Numbered from the stretch's first letter, positions 37,715 through 48,978 are shown. The stretch is DNA of 64,000 bases from an uncultured archaeon (GCA_964458565.1 CAYWJO010000005.1:52375-116374); one strand, 5' to 3'. The notes: generated from the letters alone by a model not told the origin. Made by a program: numbers and translations.

Positions 37715-39946
37715 CTAATCGTCAAAATCAGCAAGAAGTGTCTGCATCGTATCATCTTCTTCGGTTTCAACTTCTACACTTTCGGTTCCAATTGCCCCCT
37801 TTTCAACATCAAAACCCAACTGTTTTTTGATTGAAGCTGCAACGGATGTACCAATTGTAGGTATTTGTCCTAATTTCTCAGGTTTAACTTGGTATAAATC
37901 TGCTAGATTCTTTAATCCATGATTGTAGAGCATTCGTCCTCTCACACGACCTATACCTCTTAGACTAACGAGTTCTAACAACTCACTCTTGATTCCATGC
38001 TTCATTCTTGATTGCAGTTCGTATAGATTTCTGATGTATGATTCAGCTCCTGATACTTTTGCTATCTCAGAAGATGCATACAAAAGCCAATTTGCGGACT
38101 GAACATATCTATGAATATCTCCGGCACCAACATTATAGTCGTCCGTGAGCTCCTTCTCCGATTTCTCCTGTATCCAATCCATCAATAAGCTTGCTGTCTT
38201 GACTTCAGCAAGAAATCTTGTATATCCTTCAGGGTCTTCCCATTCATCTGGAGGTTCCATAAAGAGATCCTTCAAATGATCTTCTACGAAGAATTCGAAG
38301 TCCCCCATTTCTGATTGTGTGACATAGGTGATAGATTGATCGGGGGTACTACATATTAAATGAAGCATGCCAATTTGTGTAAAATCACATTTTCTCTCAA
38401 AACCATTACGAATTTGCACCGTAGTCACGGGGTCAATATAGAGCTGAGATGTTCTCTTGCCCAATAATGTAGCTTTCAAAGATTCATTCGAACCATCTTC
38501 AATTAGTTCACCTTGTACAAGGAAATCCAATGCTACAGTTATGTGATGATCAATTTCTCTCGAGTCAAATTGAAATGAGAAAAAGGTCTTTTCAAGAAGA
38601 TTGTCAAGATCCTTTCGGGTAGGAGTCATATCTGCTGCTATTGCTGAGAGTATGTGAGCCCTAACGGCAGATTGTGATGCAAGTTTAGAAGTTATCATCT
38701 CCGATTCTGATAGAAGATAGCGTTCTGCAAGAAAATCAAGTTCTTGCTCAGTCCGTGCAATGAGAACAGCTTCTCCATACTTATCATATTTCGGTCGACC
38801 AGCTCTACCTGCCATCTGTTTGTATTCAAGCACCGGAATGAAATAACTCCCTCTACCTTGTTCAAATCTACGAACATCACGGATTATTACTCTTCTAGCG
38901 GGAAGATTGACTCCTGCGGCAAGTGTTGGAGTAGCAATTATGACTTTCAGATGATTGTTTCTGAAGGCATCTTCTACATTCATCCTCTCCTGATTATCAA
39001 GACCTGCATGATGAAATGCGACTCCTTGATTTACTACTCTAGCAAGAGTCTTTGATGCCTCAGGTGCAGATAATCTCCCTCCAATCTTGTCCGCAATCTT
39101 CGAGAGGTATACAAGTGAGTCTTTTGATACATACGGACGAATATCTGATGCAATTCTCTTTGCTACCGCAACTGTGGATCGTCTACTTGATACGAAAACA
39201 AGAACCTGACCCCCCTCATCAAGAATATCACAAATCACATCAGATAGAACCTCCTCTCTCATTCGTCTAATGAAACGTTTCTCTCCGTCGCTGAATGTAA
39301 TCTCACTTTCTAAGACAATTCCCTCGTTAAGAGGAACTGGTCTCCATTCACTCTTGACAAGTTCAGCATCCAACCATCCAGCTATCTCATCCGCATTGGA
39401 GATAGTAGCACTTAGTGCCACTATCTGTACGTTTGGATTCACCTGACCTAGTTTTGCGAGAACCATCTCAAGTGTTGGACCCCTTGAAATATCATTTACA
39501 AGATGAACTTCGTCTACAATAACTACTGCAACCTCTTGGATCCAATCAGTTTTATGTCGTATGAGGGAGTCCATCCTCTCTGTTGTTAAAACAACAATAT
39601 CAGCATCACGTAGTTTTGTACCTGGTGAATCATAATCGCCAACAGACATAGCTGTGGTTATACCTAGAGAATCATATTTCTTGAAATCAGTATATTTCTC
39701 TCTTGCAAGAGACCTAAGTGGAACGAGATAGAGTGCTTTCCCCCTCCCATCAAGTATTGCCTTGAGCATGCAAATCTCGGCTACCAAAGTCTTTCCTGAA
39801 CTTGTTGGTATTGCTAAAACAAGATTTTCCCCTTTCAAGACATTAGTTTCTAGGGCGTCCTTTTGGGGTGGGAACAGCTCTGAGATACCAAGATTCTCAA
39901 GAATCTGTATGATTTTCTTATTGATTGGTACCTCTGATATATCCAC
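37715..39946 (-). CDS. hel308: ATP-dependent DNA helicase Hel308
   Basis: PTSSGKT, DEVH, SAT, FHHAGL, TPTLAAGVNLPA, QMAGRAGRP, C-terminal HhH GIGRVRGR. Confidence 0.96.
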   Translation of the reverse strand: MDISEVPINKKIIQILENLGISELFPPQKDALETNVLKGENLVLAIPTSSGKTLVAEICMLKAILDGRGKALYLVPLRSLAREKYTDFKKYDSLGITTAMSVGDYDSPGTKLRDADIVVLTTERMDSLIRHKTDWIQEVAVVIVDEVHLVNDISRGPTLEMVLAKLGQVNPNVQIVALSATISNADEIAGWLDAELVKSEWRPVPLNEGIVLESEITFSDGEKRFIRRMREEVLSDVICDILDEGGQVLVFVSSRRSTVAVAKRIASDIRPYVSKDSLVYLSKIADKIGGRLSAPEASKTLARVVNQGVAFHHAGLDNQERMNVEDAFRNNHLKVIIATPTLAAGVNLPARRVIIRDVRRFEQGRGSYFIPVLEYKQMAGRAGRPKYDKYGEAVLIARTEQELDFLAERYLLSESEMITSKLASQSAVRAHILSAIAADMTPTRKDLDNLLEKTFFSFQFDSREIDHHITVALDFLVQGELIEDGSNESLKATLLGKRTSQLYIDPVTTVQIRNGFERKCDFTQIGMLHLICSTPDQSITYVTQSEMGDFEFFVEDHLKDLFMEPPDEWEDPEGYTRFLAEVKTASLLMDWIQEKSEKELTDDYNVGAGDIHRYVQSANWLLYASSEIAKVSGAESYIRNLYELQSRMKHGIKSELLELVSLRGIGRVRGRMLYNHGLKNLADLYQVKPEKLGQIPTIGTSVAASIKKQLGFDVEKGAIGTESVEVETEEDDTMQTLLADFDD

Positions 39947-39978
39947 AATCTCATCTCCGATTTGTAGGAATAGGATGT

Positions 39979-42900
39979 CTAACTTTGAATACGTTTAATC
40001 CTACCATCACGAGGGTAGAAGAGAATCCCCTCAGCAACCAGTTTCCTAATGACTTCTTCTGCTCTCTCGGCAGCAAGTCCCATCGAAACAACACGTTGAA
40101 TTAATGCATCCTGAGTAACTGTAGACGTACCATCTGCCTCAAAATCTCGCATGGCTTTGAGTATTATGTCTGATGAGCTCCGTTGAGCCGCACTCATTGT
40201 AGACACTAGTCTATCAATATCTATTTTCCCAGTAATTCGATCAAGCGCAACCATTCTTAGAGATTCTTCAAGTAATCGCACAGATGCCTCAGCATCTTCC
40301 TTTGTGACCTTTGTTCGCAATGCCATTTTTGCTCTAGCTTCAGCAAGTCTGACCAAGGCTTCTAGTTGTCGTGCTGTTATGGGTACTGGTGCTGCTCCTC
40401 CTTCGGCACTTTTTCTCAAATCCACGTAGAAGTTCTCAATTACTTCTGCTGCTTCAGCTGTGAGCTGTGGTATTACATAACGATTGGCATATCCAATATA
40501 CTTCTTAAGAAATTCAGGAGAAATAGGTGCGACTGCACTTTTTCTGGTAGTCTTCTTCATTTGATGCATTCCAAGAATAAATTGGGCAAGTTCTCTATCT
40601 TTTGATGCTTCTACAGTATCAACAAGAATCCAAATCAAATCGAAACGTGACATTATTGTAAATGGTAATTTTATATTATCTTGGATGGACAATGATGGCT
40701 CATAACGCCCAAGAGTTGGATTAGCCGCTGCTAAAATCGATGTACGGGCATTCAGAGTAGCAACAATACCCGCCTTAGCGATACTCACAGTGTGCTGCTC
40801 CATTGCTTCATGAATCGCAGTTCTATCGTTAGGGTCCATCTTATCGAATTCATCAATACATGCAATCCCTTGGTCCGCTAGCACCAATGCTCCGGCTTCC
40901 AAGGTCATGGCTCCGGTATCGGAATCATGGACCACTGCAGCAGTCAGTCCCGCAGCTGTAGTGCCTTTACCTGATGTATAAAGTCCTCTTGCTGCAAGAC
41001 CCGATACAAATTTTAGAATCTGGCTATTATGAACGATTAGATTCCCGTTTGCTAACACAAAGTGTCCATCTTCAGTTCCCAAATCATACACGATTGCATC
41101 CTTGTCAACGTGTTCAATTCTTATTACTTTGTCCCAAAAGATATCTGATGCTGCCAGTGTTTTGAGAGAATCAAGTGCATCAGAATGGGCATCTTCCAAT
41201 CCGAATTGAATCAATCTAATAATTAGATTTTGTAAGTATTTACGTCCCATTCTTTGTCTGTACGTCTTCCCTCTTATTTCTCCAAGGAAATTTCGTGATG
41301 ATGAGCCCCTAATACTTCTTATCCCCAAGTCCTTAGCTGCTTGGATACATAAGTTTCCAAAGTTCGGAATAATGTCCTTAGATTGATATCTTTGACGCAT
41401 TGATAAGTTCTTTACAAGGTTCTCTAAACGTTCTCTTTTGGTAGGAGAAACGAATCCGATTTCTCGATGGAATTCAAGCAGTTCCTCACCATTGATTGCA
41501 ATCTTATAGTATATACGATTCTTATACGGTCCTGATTTCAGTTTCCTTTTTGAAATAGAAGCAAAGATTCCAATCGTAGAAAGGAGATCTGATAGTTGAT
41601 ATGCTAAATCTTGGCTTTTCGTTACAGCATATATGCTTGCACTTTTTTCCTCTATCCAACCATCTCCAGAGAAATATGCTGACAACAACGAGCGTCTGAA
41701 CTCTATAGGAGTTGCAAAAAACAGGTCGGGGAGCTTCTTCTCAGCTGCCCCAGATCCAAACATCTCCAAAAACCACTGACTTATACTTGATTGGCAAATA
41801 TAGACACCCCTCTCAAAAGATGAAGCTTTTCCAAAGAGGCTTTTCAAATCTGAATCCAATTTGGTCTTTATAGTAGCATCAAGATTGGTAAACCTTACCA
41901 TATTCGTTTCAACATTGCCTTCTGATAGGTAAAAACCAATGATTCTACCCAGTTTTTCATCAAATGGGATTTTTCTGGGGAACCATGAATTATCATGCTT
42001 TTGTCTTATCCATCCCTTAGCTGGAATGACTGTAGGATTGGCAACATAGCTTCGTATAGTAGAAGATGCAATGTTAGCAGTTGCAGCAGCAGTATCCACA
42101 GAAATCAGATTTTGTCCAATTTGTGAGATTTGTTCACATATAATGTCAGACTGAACCAGATTATCATCAGAGATACCTTCACTAATATCTACCTTTGTAA
42201 TGAAACTTTCGTCACAGAATCTGATTGCCCGTGCTATAGGCAGGAAAATACCAGGTTTCAAATCCCGAGCCATGAGAACATGTAGATGTCCATCTATCAT
42301 AGTGGACAGAGAATGGTCTGGCGTCATCAATGCGGTTCTTCCCGACGCAGTATATATCCGAACCAAGCTATCTGTTCTGTGTCTGCTTACCTCAACTATT
42401 CGGGATTTCTTTGTCTTCAAATTTTCTAAATCAATGGAAATAGTATAGAGCTCAGAATCACTGACCAGCCGCAGTACATCGGTATCATCCTTGGTTATTA
42501 CTTCACTCGGGTATTTGTTCATCATTGTATCAATGACTTCACCAATCTTTCTGATAGACCAAGTAGAATCCGTGGATGTGTCTCTTAGGAAAATCTTTTC
42601 CTTTCCGTGAACACTCTTTCCGGTACCTGGATCTCCAATCATTAGGATGTTTGAACGCCCTCTTAATCGTGTCCCATCTGGTAATGTTTTTCCTACTCCT
42701 CCAAAGAGTAAGAGTGCTATTGATTCCTTAATCAGATCATGTCCATAGATAGAAGGCGCTATTGAAGCAAAGATTCTACCATGAACATAAGGGTCTTCAG
42801 CAAGCGACTTGATTTCTTGCTCATCGTCCTCTGTAATCTCTATCTGTTCATATTCCTTTTCAGATACTTCAACACCAATAGCATCAATAAAAACATTGAA

Positions 42901-43665
42901 TGTTGCTAATCGTCCACCGCGCCTAGAGAAATCAGGTGAAGTTTGAAGCATACCTGTGACTTTGACTAGGTCACCTGGACGAGAAATATCTACAATATCA
43001 CCCCTAAGTGTTACATCTACAGATCTAGGCATCTGTCCTGGAGGAAGCTCATCTGGCGACTCTTGTACTCTTATTTTCTGCCAATCTATGAATACCGATT
43101 TCTCAGGTATCAGCTTGACAGATGGTTTACTTGTATTACATGCGTCACAAAATAGTGGTGTAGTGAATCGCCCCTCTTCTTGAAATACTGGTATCTCATT
43201 TCCACATTGTCCTGCAGACCCCCTACATTCAAAGACTCCTATCTCAAGTAATGGTTTGACTTCACTCGCACGCATTAAGATTCCACTAATGTGTATCAAA
43301 CGACCAATATGCTTGGAACGTATCGCTCGTAATGCAATATGTTCTGAATAGTTTACTATACGAACCTTGAAAATTCCGCTACCCATTTTTTCAATCGTAT
43401 CTTCAACATATTTCTCATCCTCACTTCTCAGAATCGACAACAAGGCATCATTCAAACTGGACAACAAGTCGGTTGGCTTTTCACTTGCCTTTTCATAGAA
43501 AATATTGTCAAATGTAACTAAATCCTGAAAATCAACCGCCAGTGAGGTTTCTTCGTAAATAGACATCTGTTGTACTCTAGACCAATATTTTGTGTTTCCA
43601 CTCTCATCTTTGTAGGTTCGAATGAACTCCTCTAGTCTTTCTGAATCCGAACTCATTTTAATCAA
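39979..43665 (-). CDS. mcm: Replicative helicase MCM containing one intein
   Basis: Zn finger, QESP...PGQMPRS, GDPGTGK[intein]SQ, IDEFDKM, SRFD, ITARQLE. Confidence 0.97.
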   Translation of the reverse strand: MIKMSSDSERLEEFIRTYKDESGNTKYWSRVQQMSIYEETSLAVDFQDLVTFDNIFYEKASEKPTDLLSSLNDALLSILRSEDEKYVEDTIEKMGSGIFKVRIVNYSEHIALRAIRSKHIGRLIHISGILMRASEVKPLLEIGVFECRGSAGQCGNEIPVFQEEGRFTTPLFCDACNTSKPSVKLIPEKSVFIDWQKIRVQESPDELPPGQMPRSVDVTLRGDIVDISRPGDLVKVTGMLQTSPDFSRRGGRLATFNVFIDAIGVEVSEKEYEQIEITEDDEQEIKSLAEDPYVHGRIFASIAPSIYGHDLIKESIALLLFGGVGKTLPDGTRLRGRSNILMIGDPGTGKSVHGKEKIFLRDTSTDSTWSIRKIGEVIDTMMNKYPSEVITKDDTDVLRLVSDSELYTISIDLENLKTKKSRIVEVSRHRTDSLVRIYTASGRTALMTPDHSLSTMIDGHLHVLMARDLKPGIFLPIARAIRFCDESFITKVDISEGISDDNLVQSDIICEQISQIGQNLISVDTAAATANIASSTIRSYVANPTVIPAKGWIRQKHDNSWFPRKIPFDEKLGRIIGFYLSEGNVETNMVRFTNLDATIKTKLDSDLKSLFGKASSFERGVYICQSSISQWFLEMFGSGAAEKKLPDLFFATPIEFRRSLLSAYFSGDGWIEEKSASIYAVTKSQDLAYQLSDLLSTIGIFASISKRKLKSGPYKNRIYYKIAINGEELLEFHREIGFVSPTKRERLENLVKNLSMRQRYQSKDIIPNFGNLCIQAAKDLGIRSIRGSSSRNFLGEIRGKTYRQRMGRKYLQNLIIRLIQFGLEDAHSDALDSLKTLAASDIFWDKVIRIEHVDKDAIVYDLGTEDGHFVLANGNLIVHNSQILKFVSGLAARGLYTSGKGTTAAGLTAAVVHDSDTGAMTLEAGALVLADQGIACIDEFDKMDPNDRTAIHEAMEQHTVSIAKAGIVATLNARTSILAAANPTLGRYEPSLSIQDNIKLPFTIMSRFDLIWILVDTVEASKDRELAQFILGMHQMKKTTRKSAVAPISPEFLKKYIGYANRYVIPQLTAEAAEVIENFYVDLRKSAEGGAAPVPITARQLEALVRLAEARAKMALRTKVTKEDAEASVRLLEESLRMVALDRITGKIDIDRLVSTMSAAQRSSSDIILKAMRDFEADGTSTVTQDALIQRVVSMGLAAERAEEVIRKLVAEGILFYPRDGRIKRIQS
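41026..42615 (-). mobile_element. Intein (530 aa) with LAGLIDADG homing endonuclease in the MCM Walker A motif
   Basis: Begins SVHGKEK right after GTGK. Block B TPDHS, IIGFYLSEG and LLSAYFSGDG motifs, ends VYDL...LIVHN followed by Ser. Confidence 0.93.
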
Positions 43666-43811
43666 CTACTTGTCATTTTCAGGAATTTCAGTTTCAATAT
43701 AATGAATCCCACATTATTTACTATAGTATTATCCGATATTAATTCCGTTCTCGTTAGCTCTGAGTTATTCCTTTTAACTCTGCTACCAGCTGCGCATATT
43801 GTATATCATAT

Positions 43812-44381
43812 CTATTCTTTTACATAATGGCGCCATTCGGAAAGAATTTCGATAATCTCCTCACAAAGCCAGCGTTCTTCATGAGTCATCTGTTTCTGCG
43901 TATCCTGATATGCACCCGATTTTGCTATTTGGATTATTTTTGACAGCCGTATCTCACTCATATTCCGTAGGAGATTTTCAAATTTTCCGATATCTTCCTG
44001 TCCGATTGGATCGGGAGAAGTCCGGTCTCCTTGGAGATGTCTTATTCTCTCTCTGATTGCGACGTACATAAGAGAATTTGTATTCTGGATACCAGATTGC
44101 CGTTTTTCCTGCTGATAGATTCTTTGAATTTGTGAAAGCGCCTCATATTCATCATCTGGTACGATTTCAACAATCTCATTGGCCATTAGTACATCAATAA
44201 TCCAGTTTTCCAATTCCACCTGCTGGTTCTCGTCAAACGGTCCTATTTCTTTCCCACCAACAAATAACTTCGATATAGGTTTCAAGAATATACATCCTCG
44301 TATCTCGTTCAGATAATTCATTCTGAAACGATCTATCATCTCTTTTGCTTGATTGTGTAGTTTCATTACTGGTATCCACAC
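43812..44381 (-). CDS. GINS complex subunit (Gins23-type)
   Basis: N-terminal B-domain GPF.ENQQVELENWI..L, helical A-domain with RLSKII and MTHEE. Immediately upstream of mcm. Confidence 0.82.
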   Translation of the reverse strand: MWIPVMKLHNQAKEMIDRFRMNYLNEIRGCIFLKPISKLFVGGKEIGPFDENQQVELENWIIDVLMANEIVEIVPDDEYEALSQIQRIYQQEKRQSGIQNTNSLMYVAIRERIRHLQGDRTSPDPIGQEDIGKFENLLRNMSEIRLSKIIQIAKSGAYQDTQKQMTHEERWLCEEIIEILSEWRHYVKE

Positions 44382-44490
44382 TTATCTTGTAAACCTATAT
44401 CACTGAATTCACTCTATCTGGAGAATCTTTTAAGGACATTGTATAATGAACACATGACTCTAAACGTTCCGGGATGGCAGTACCAATACA

Positions 44491-45462
44491 ATGGATGATG
44501 AAATCAAGATGGATATTGACTTATGGACTGAGAAGCATCGCCCCGCTACACTTGGAGAAATTGTCGGGCAAGACACTCTGATTGAAAAACTGAAGAAATT
44601 CGTTGAGCAGAAAGCAGTTCCACACTGTCTATTTGCAGGTCCTCCTGGAACTGCAAAGACTACCGCAGGTATGGCGATGGCTCGTGATTTATTCGGGAGC
44701 ACATTTGATCGGAACTTCATGGAGCTTAATGCAAGCGATGAGAGAGGTATTGATGTGGTTCGAAACCAAATCAAGAATTTTGCCCGGATAATGCCTGCTG
44801 GTGATGCACCATTTAAGCTCCTAGTTCTTGACGAAGCTGACCATCTCACTGCAGATGCGCAACACGCACTAAGAAGAACTATGGAATCCTATGCATCATC
44901 CTGTAGAATGATTCTGATATGCAACTATTCAAGTCGTATCATTCCTCCAATTCAATCTAGATGTGCAATTTTCAAGTTTAATCGTCTGGATGACAATTCT
45001 ATTTCAGAACGATTGAAATATATCGCTGGTGCAGAGAAGGTAAAACTCGACGAAAGCGGTTTAGAGGCTATCCTATATATTGCAGAAGGTGATATGAGAG
45101 CTGCTATCAATCTATTACAAGCTGCATCATCTACTGGTGGAAAAGTTACAGAATTTACAGTATATGGCATTTCAGGTCGTGCTAATCCTGAACGGATTCT
45201 AAATATGCTTCAAATCTCTATGGATGGGAAATATGATGATGCTTTAGATACTCTTCATATGTTTCTACACAATGAAGGAGTATCTCCTGTAGATTTAGTG
45301 CGTCAAATTCATAGAGAAATCACGAAGATGGAAATATCGAATATCGTCAAAATGAAGATTCTTGAGCGGACTGCTGAAACCGAATTCAGAATCACTGAGG
45401 GTGCCAGTGGTGAGGTTCAATTAGTATCACTTCTTGGATACATGGGACAGGAGTTGTCATAA
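44491..45462 (+). CDS. rfcS: Replication factor C small subunit
   Basis: WTEKHRP, GPPGTAKTT, ELNASDERG, LDEAD, IQSRC. Confidence 0.96.
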   Translation: MDDEIKMDIDLWTEKHRPATLGEIVGQDTLIEKLKKFVEQKAVPHCLFAGPPGTAKTTAGMAMARDLFGSTFDRNFMELNASDERGIDVVRNQIKNFARIMPAGDAPFKLLVLDEADHLTADAQHALRRTMESYASSCRMILICNYSSRIIPPIQSRCAIFKFNRLDDNSISERLKYIAGAEKVKLDESGLEAILYIAEGDMRAAINLLQAASSTGGKVTEFTVYGISGRANPERILNMLQISMDGKYDDALDTLHMFLHNEGVSPVDLVRQIHREITKMEISNIVKMKILERTAETEFRITEGASGEVQLVSLLGYMGQELS

Positions 45463-45465
45463 CCA

Positions 45466-46698
45466 GTGGACACAAGCAATCTGCCTTGGCCAGAGCAACA
45501 TCGTCCGACCTCTCTGGAAGAACTGGTTGGAAATCTGGATCAGCTGGCAGCCCTGTCAGATTGGTTGAAGATTTGGACAACTGGAATACCTCATTTCAGA
45601 GCTGCTCTTCTTATTGGTCCTCCAGGTGTTGGAAAGACAGCATCAGTTAATGCACTTGCAAATGATATGGGAATGGAAATAGTCGAATTTAATGCGAGTG
45701 ATAGTCGAAATAAATCCCAGATTGAAACACTCGTTTGGAGGTCTGCGATGCAACAAACTCTAGATGGTAGTCTACGCCTGATTCTTCTTGATGAAGTAGA
45801 TGGATTATCTGGTACTAGTGATCGTGGTGGTATAGGCGCTATTATCAAGATAATTGAAACAACAGTACATCCAATCATTATGACTGCAAATGATCCAGAG
45901 AGCACTCGTTTGAAAGACCTTCTTAAGAAATGCAGGGTTTTCACATTCGAACCCATTTCTCATGATGATATGTTAAAAATCTTGAAACGTATTGTTAAGC
46001 TTCAACGTTTCGAAATTGATGAATCTGTGTTAGAAGATATAATTTGCAATTCAAGTGGCGATTTGAGAGCCGCAATATCAGATTTGGAGATGATTGTCAA
46101 AGGTGGTATTATAGACACTAGCCTTGCATTTCGAGATATACGTCGTAGTGCACAAGACACTCTGAGAAGATTATTCATGGCAACAGATATGGAAACCGCA
46201 AAACGCATCCTTTCCGAATCTGATATAGATCATGATAAACTAATTCTCTGGCTTGAAGAAAATATTCATCTGCATCTCACATCATCACAGGAACTCGAAA
46301 ATGGATTAGAGGCATTATCTCAGGCGGATTTGTATCTAGGTCGAATCTGGAGGGGCCCCAACTGGCGATTATTAGCATATTTCTATGACATCTTAGCTAT
46401 TGGTATCCCAACAAGTAGAATTGAAACCCCATTTGTAAAAACCCACTATACACAATCAAAATGGCCTCTTCTTGTATGGCAGTCAAATATGAGTGAACAA
46501 AAACAATCCGAAATCAGAAGTCGGATTGCAAGAGCCACTGATGTTTCAAAGAAAAGAGTTCAAAAAACGCAACAGAATATCATCCAGCAAATAATAGACC
46601 AAAACCCTGCCGCAGAAGGCGATTTTACGGATTGGCTGGGTCTTAAAAGGGGAACTTTAGGTCAGCGAGGAAATCGTCATTCACCCCATAGAAGGTAG
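45466..46698 (+). CDS. rfcL: Replication factor C large subunit
   Basis: PWPEQHRP, GPPGVGKT, EFNASD.R, LDEVDG, GDLRAAI, WLEEN. Confidence 0.93.
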   Translation: MDTSNLPWPEQHRPTSLEELVGNLDQLAALSDWLKIWTTGIPHFRAALLIGPPGVGKTASVNALANDMGMEIVEFNASDSRNKSQIETLVWRSAMQQTLDGSLRLILLDEVDGLSGTSDRGGIGAIIKIIETTVHPIIMTANDPESTRLKDLLKKCRVFTFEPISHDDMLKILKRIVKLQRFEIDESVLEDIICNSSGDLRAAISDLEMIVKGGIIDTSLAFRDIRRSAQDTLRRLFMATDMETAKRILSESDIDHDKLILWLEENIHLHLTSSQELENGLEALSQADLYLGRIWRGPNWRLLAYFYDILAIGIPTSRIETPFVKTHYTQSKWPLLVWQSNMSEQKQSEIRSRIARATDVSKKRVQKTQQNIIQQIIDQNPAAEGDFTDWLGLKRGTLGQRGNRHSPHRR

Positions 46699-47506
46699 TA
46701 TACATCCTGTGAAAAAATGATATCTTTTCCTCTAAATAGCGTTGAATTCTGAACATAGCATTCTTGCTTTTTTGCATCATGATTGGTAAGATAGATTCTA
46801 CAAGAACTAGTCCTTCAGGTGGAGCTGGTTCTATTCCTCCAGCAATAGGTCTGAATGAAATCAAATCACGAATAATTTCAGGTGGAAGGCTTCCTTGACC
46901 TATTTGTACTAAAAGGGCTACTATTTTTCTGACCAACTTCCAGAGGAACCTTGTCCCAAAAAAATCGAAAATCAATATTTCATCAGTTTCTCGTACCGAT
47001 GCATTTAGTATCGTGGAATCAGTACTACGATCTCCATCAGGTTTAGAAATAAGCGCATAATTATTACTGCCAATAAGATATCGGATACCTGTCAGAATCG
47101 CATTAATATCAACATTTTTCGATTCTTTTAATTGATAATATCTGTAATGTCTTGCCAACACACTGAAACGCGGCTTAAAATTATCAGGAGCTAGGCCATA
47201 TGCCCATAATGAGATATCGTCTGGTAAATGCTTGTTTATCTGATCAAGATTCAGTTCTCTATCTGTGCTTATCAGTCCAATCTGCCCAAAGCTGTGTACA
47301 CCCTTGTCAGTTCTTCCAGCGAGCTGAATTGTATCTATTGAATGAGTTCTTTTGTCCCATTTTTCTACTGCATTAATAATCTCGCCTTGTATTGTTCTCA
47401 GATTTGGTTGCCATTGAGAGCCATAATATTCCGTTCCAACATAGAAAACTCTGACTAAATAATCAGTCACAGATGTTGCCACTCCATTACGAATCCCAAA
47501 GATCAA
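46643..47506 (-). CDS. truA: tRNA pseudouridine(38-40) synthase
   Basis: Y.GT.YYGSQWQP, AGRTDKGVHS, RHYRY, FLWKLVR, PAPPEGL.L. Confidence 0.92.
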   Translation of the reverse strand: MIFGIRNGVATSVTDYLVRVFYVGTEYYGSQWQPNLRTIQGEIINAVEKWDKRTHSIDTIQLAGRTDKGVHSFGQIGLISTDRELNLDQINKHLPDDISLWAYGLAPDNFKPRFSVLARHYRYYQLKESKNVDINAILTGIRYLIGSNNYALISKPDGDRSTDSTILNASVRETDEILIFDFFGTRFLWKLVRKIVALLVQIGQGSLPPEIIRDLISFRPIAGGIEPAPPEGLVLVESILPIMMQKSKNAMFRIQRYLEEKISFFHRMYTTFYGVNDDFLADLKFPF

Positions 47507-47771
47507 GTAAGTTCTTGAGAGCTCGAGCTCTCAGGTCCTCAGCGCAATAACGATATATCTTGATTCGTCCAAAGGTCTTTTCCTCAACAAGACCTGCTTC
47601 CATCAAAGTCAGAAGATGCGACTTTGTCGAACTATGATTGAGTCCAATCCTTCTACAGAGTTCTGATATATTAAGTTCAATGGCATCAGCTAATTCCTTT
47701 ACTACCTTGATTCTTCCTCTTGATGAGAATAACTCCTCAATTGCAATCTTAGGGGCTGTTTCATCAGCCAT
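47487..47771 (-). CDS. Small winged-helix (ArsR-like) protein co-transcribed with cdc6
   Basis: LFSSRGRIKV, ELNISEL...LNH, GLVEEKTFGRIKIY. Confidence 0.82.
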   Translation of the reverse strand: MADETAPKIAIEELFSSRGRIKVVKELADAIELNISELCRRIGLNHSSTKSHLLTLMEAGLVEEKTFGRIKIYRYCAEDLRARALKNLLDLWDS

Positions 47772-47772
47772 A

Positions 47773-48978
47773 TCATTTCCTCCGGTCTTCTAGTAATTTG
47801 AGGAGAAATTGTTCTAATAGTTCAGCTGGCACATCTGAGAGTCCAATCATAGTAGTTTGTCCTCTTTGTCCTACTCCTGAACGTTTCGTGTCAATTGTAC
47901 CATGGGCATTCAAATCTTGTATCCATTCCCAGACTTGTGTATGAGCCCGTGGTTCCACACCGTACTCTTCACAAATCGAATGGTACATTTCCTCCACCTC
48001 GCCCATCGTTACATATGCTCCACGATTCTCCTTTAGTTGCCTAGCTGCTCCAAGTAATAGCAATTTATTCTGTAGTGGTAACGCAGCGAAAATCTCTTTC
48101 CTAAGTTCTGGATGCGTATCTGCTTTTGCTTTGCGTGCATAATCAGGAATAACTCTGTCAGAACACTCACTATCAGCCTGTTTTCCTGCTCGTAATAGCA
48201 ACTCTATTGCATATCTTGCATCTCCTCTTTCAGATGCTATATCACATATTATTTGCAGCGTTTCACTCATCACTACTTTGGGCTCAAATGCCATATTTGC
48301 TCGCTCGCTTAAAATATCGTAGAGCGCTTCTGAAGCATACCTACGAAATCTTAAGACATTCCTCTGAAGTGTACTTGATGTGCTCTGATCCAAAATACTG
48401 TCATCAAGTGGGATTTCTCGACCCACCACTATTATAGAAAGACGTTGTGGGGCATTCAACCTATCATCCATCAATCTCGTAAGATCATATAGAATATCTG
48501 CACCCTTTTGTTTGATGAAATAGTCCAATTCGTCTAAAACCAACAGAAGATATCTATCTTCTGTATCTAATGCCTCTAGTAACATCTGCAAAAGCTCTTC
48601 TGGTGAATGTCCGCGTTTCGGAAACTTAGGCTTAAATTCTCTCAGCATTCGAAGATATACCAGATATGAACTCTTGTTCACTCTACAATTGATGTGTATT
48701 TTGTGAAGTCTTATTCCACGTTTCTCGGCAGCTTTAACCATTTGATCGGAGAATCTCTTTGCAACTGCAGTTTTTCCTGTACCAACAGGACCTTCTATCA
48801 CTACTCTATGACTAGTATTACCCGGTGAAGTTATCATTGTCTTGAAATAACGTGCTAGAGACCGTAACTCCTCCTCTCGATGTGGCAAAGATTCGGGAAC
48901 ATAATCAATGGATAACAACTCCTCTGCCTTGAATACACTTTTTTTACTTAGTTCATCTTCCACAAAGTCGCGAGGCAT
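47773..48978 (-). CDS. cdc6: Orc1/Cdc6 replication initiator
   Basis: YVPESLPHREEE, GPVGTGKT, HINC, LDELD, GDARYAI.LL, C-terminal wHTH. Confidence 0.95.
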   Translation of the reverse strand: MPRDFVEDELSKKSVFKAEELLSIDYVPESLPHREEELRSLARYFKTMITSPGNTSHRVVIEGPVGTGKTAVAKRFSDQMVKAAEKRGIRLHKIHINCRVNKSSYLVYLRMLREFKPKFPKRGHSPEELLQMLLEALDTEDRYLLLVLDELDYFIKQKGADILYDLTRLMDDRLNAPQRLSIIVVGREIPLDDSILDQSTSSTLQRNVLRFRRYASEALYDILSERANMAFEPKVVMSETLQIICDIASERGDARYAIELLLRAGKQADSECSDRVIPDYARKAKADTHPELRKEIFAALPLQNKLLLLGAARQLKENRGAYVTMGEVEEMYHSICEEYGVEPRAHTQVWEWIQDLNAHGTIDTKRSGVGQRGQTTMIGLSDVPAELLEQFLLKLLEDRRK

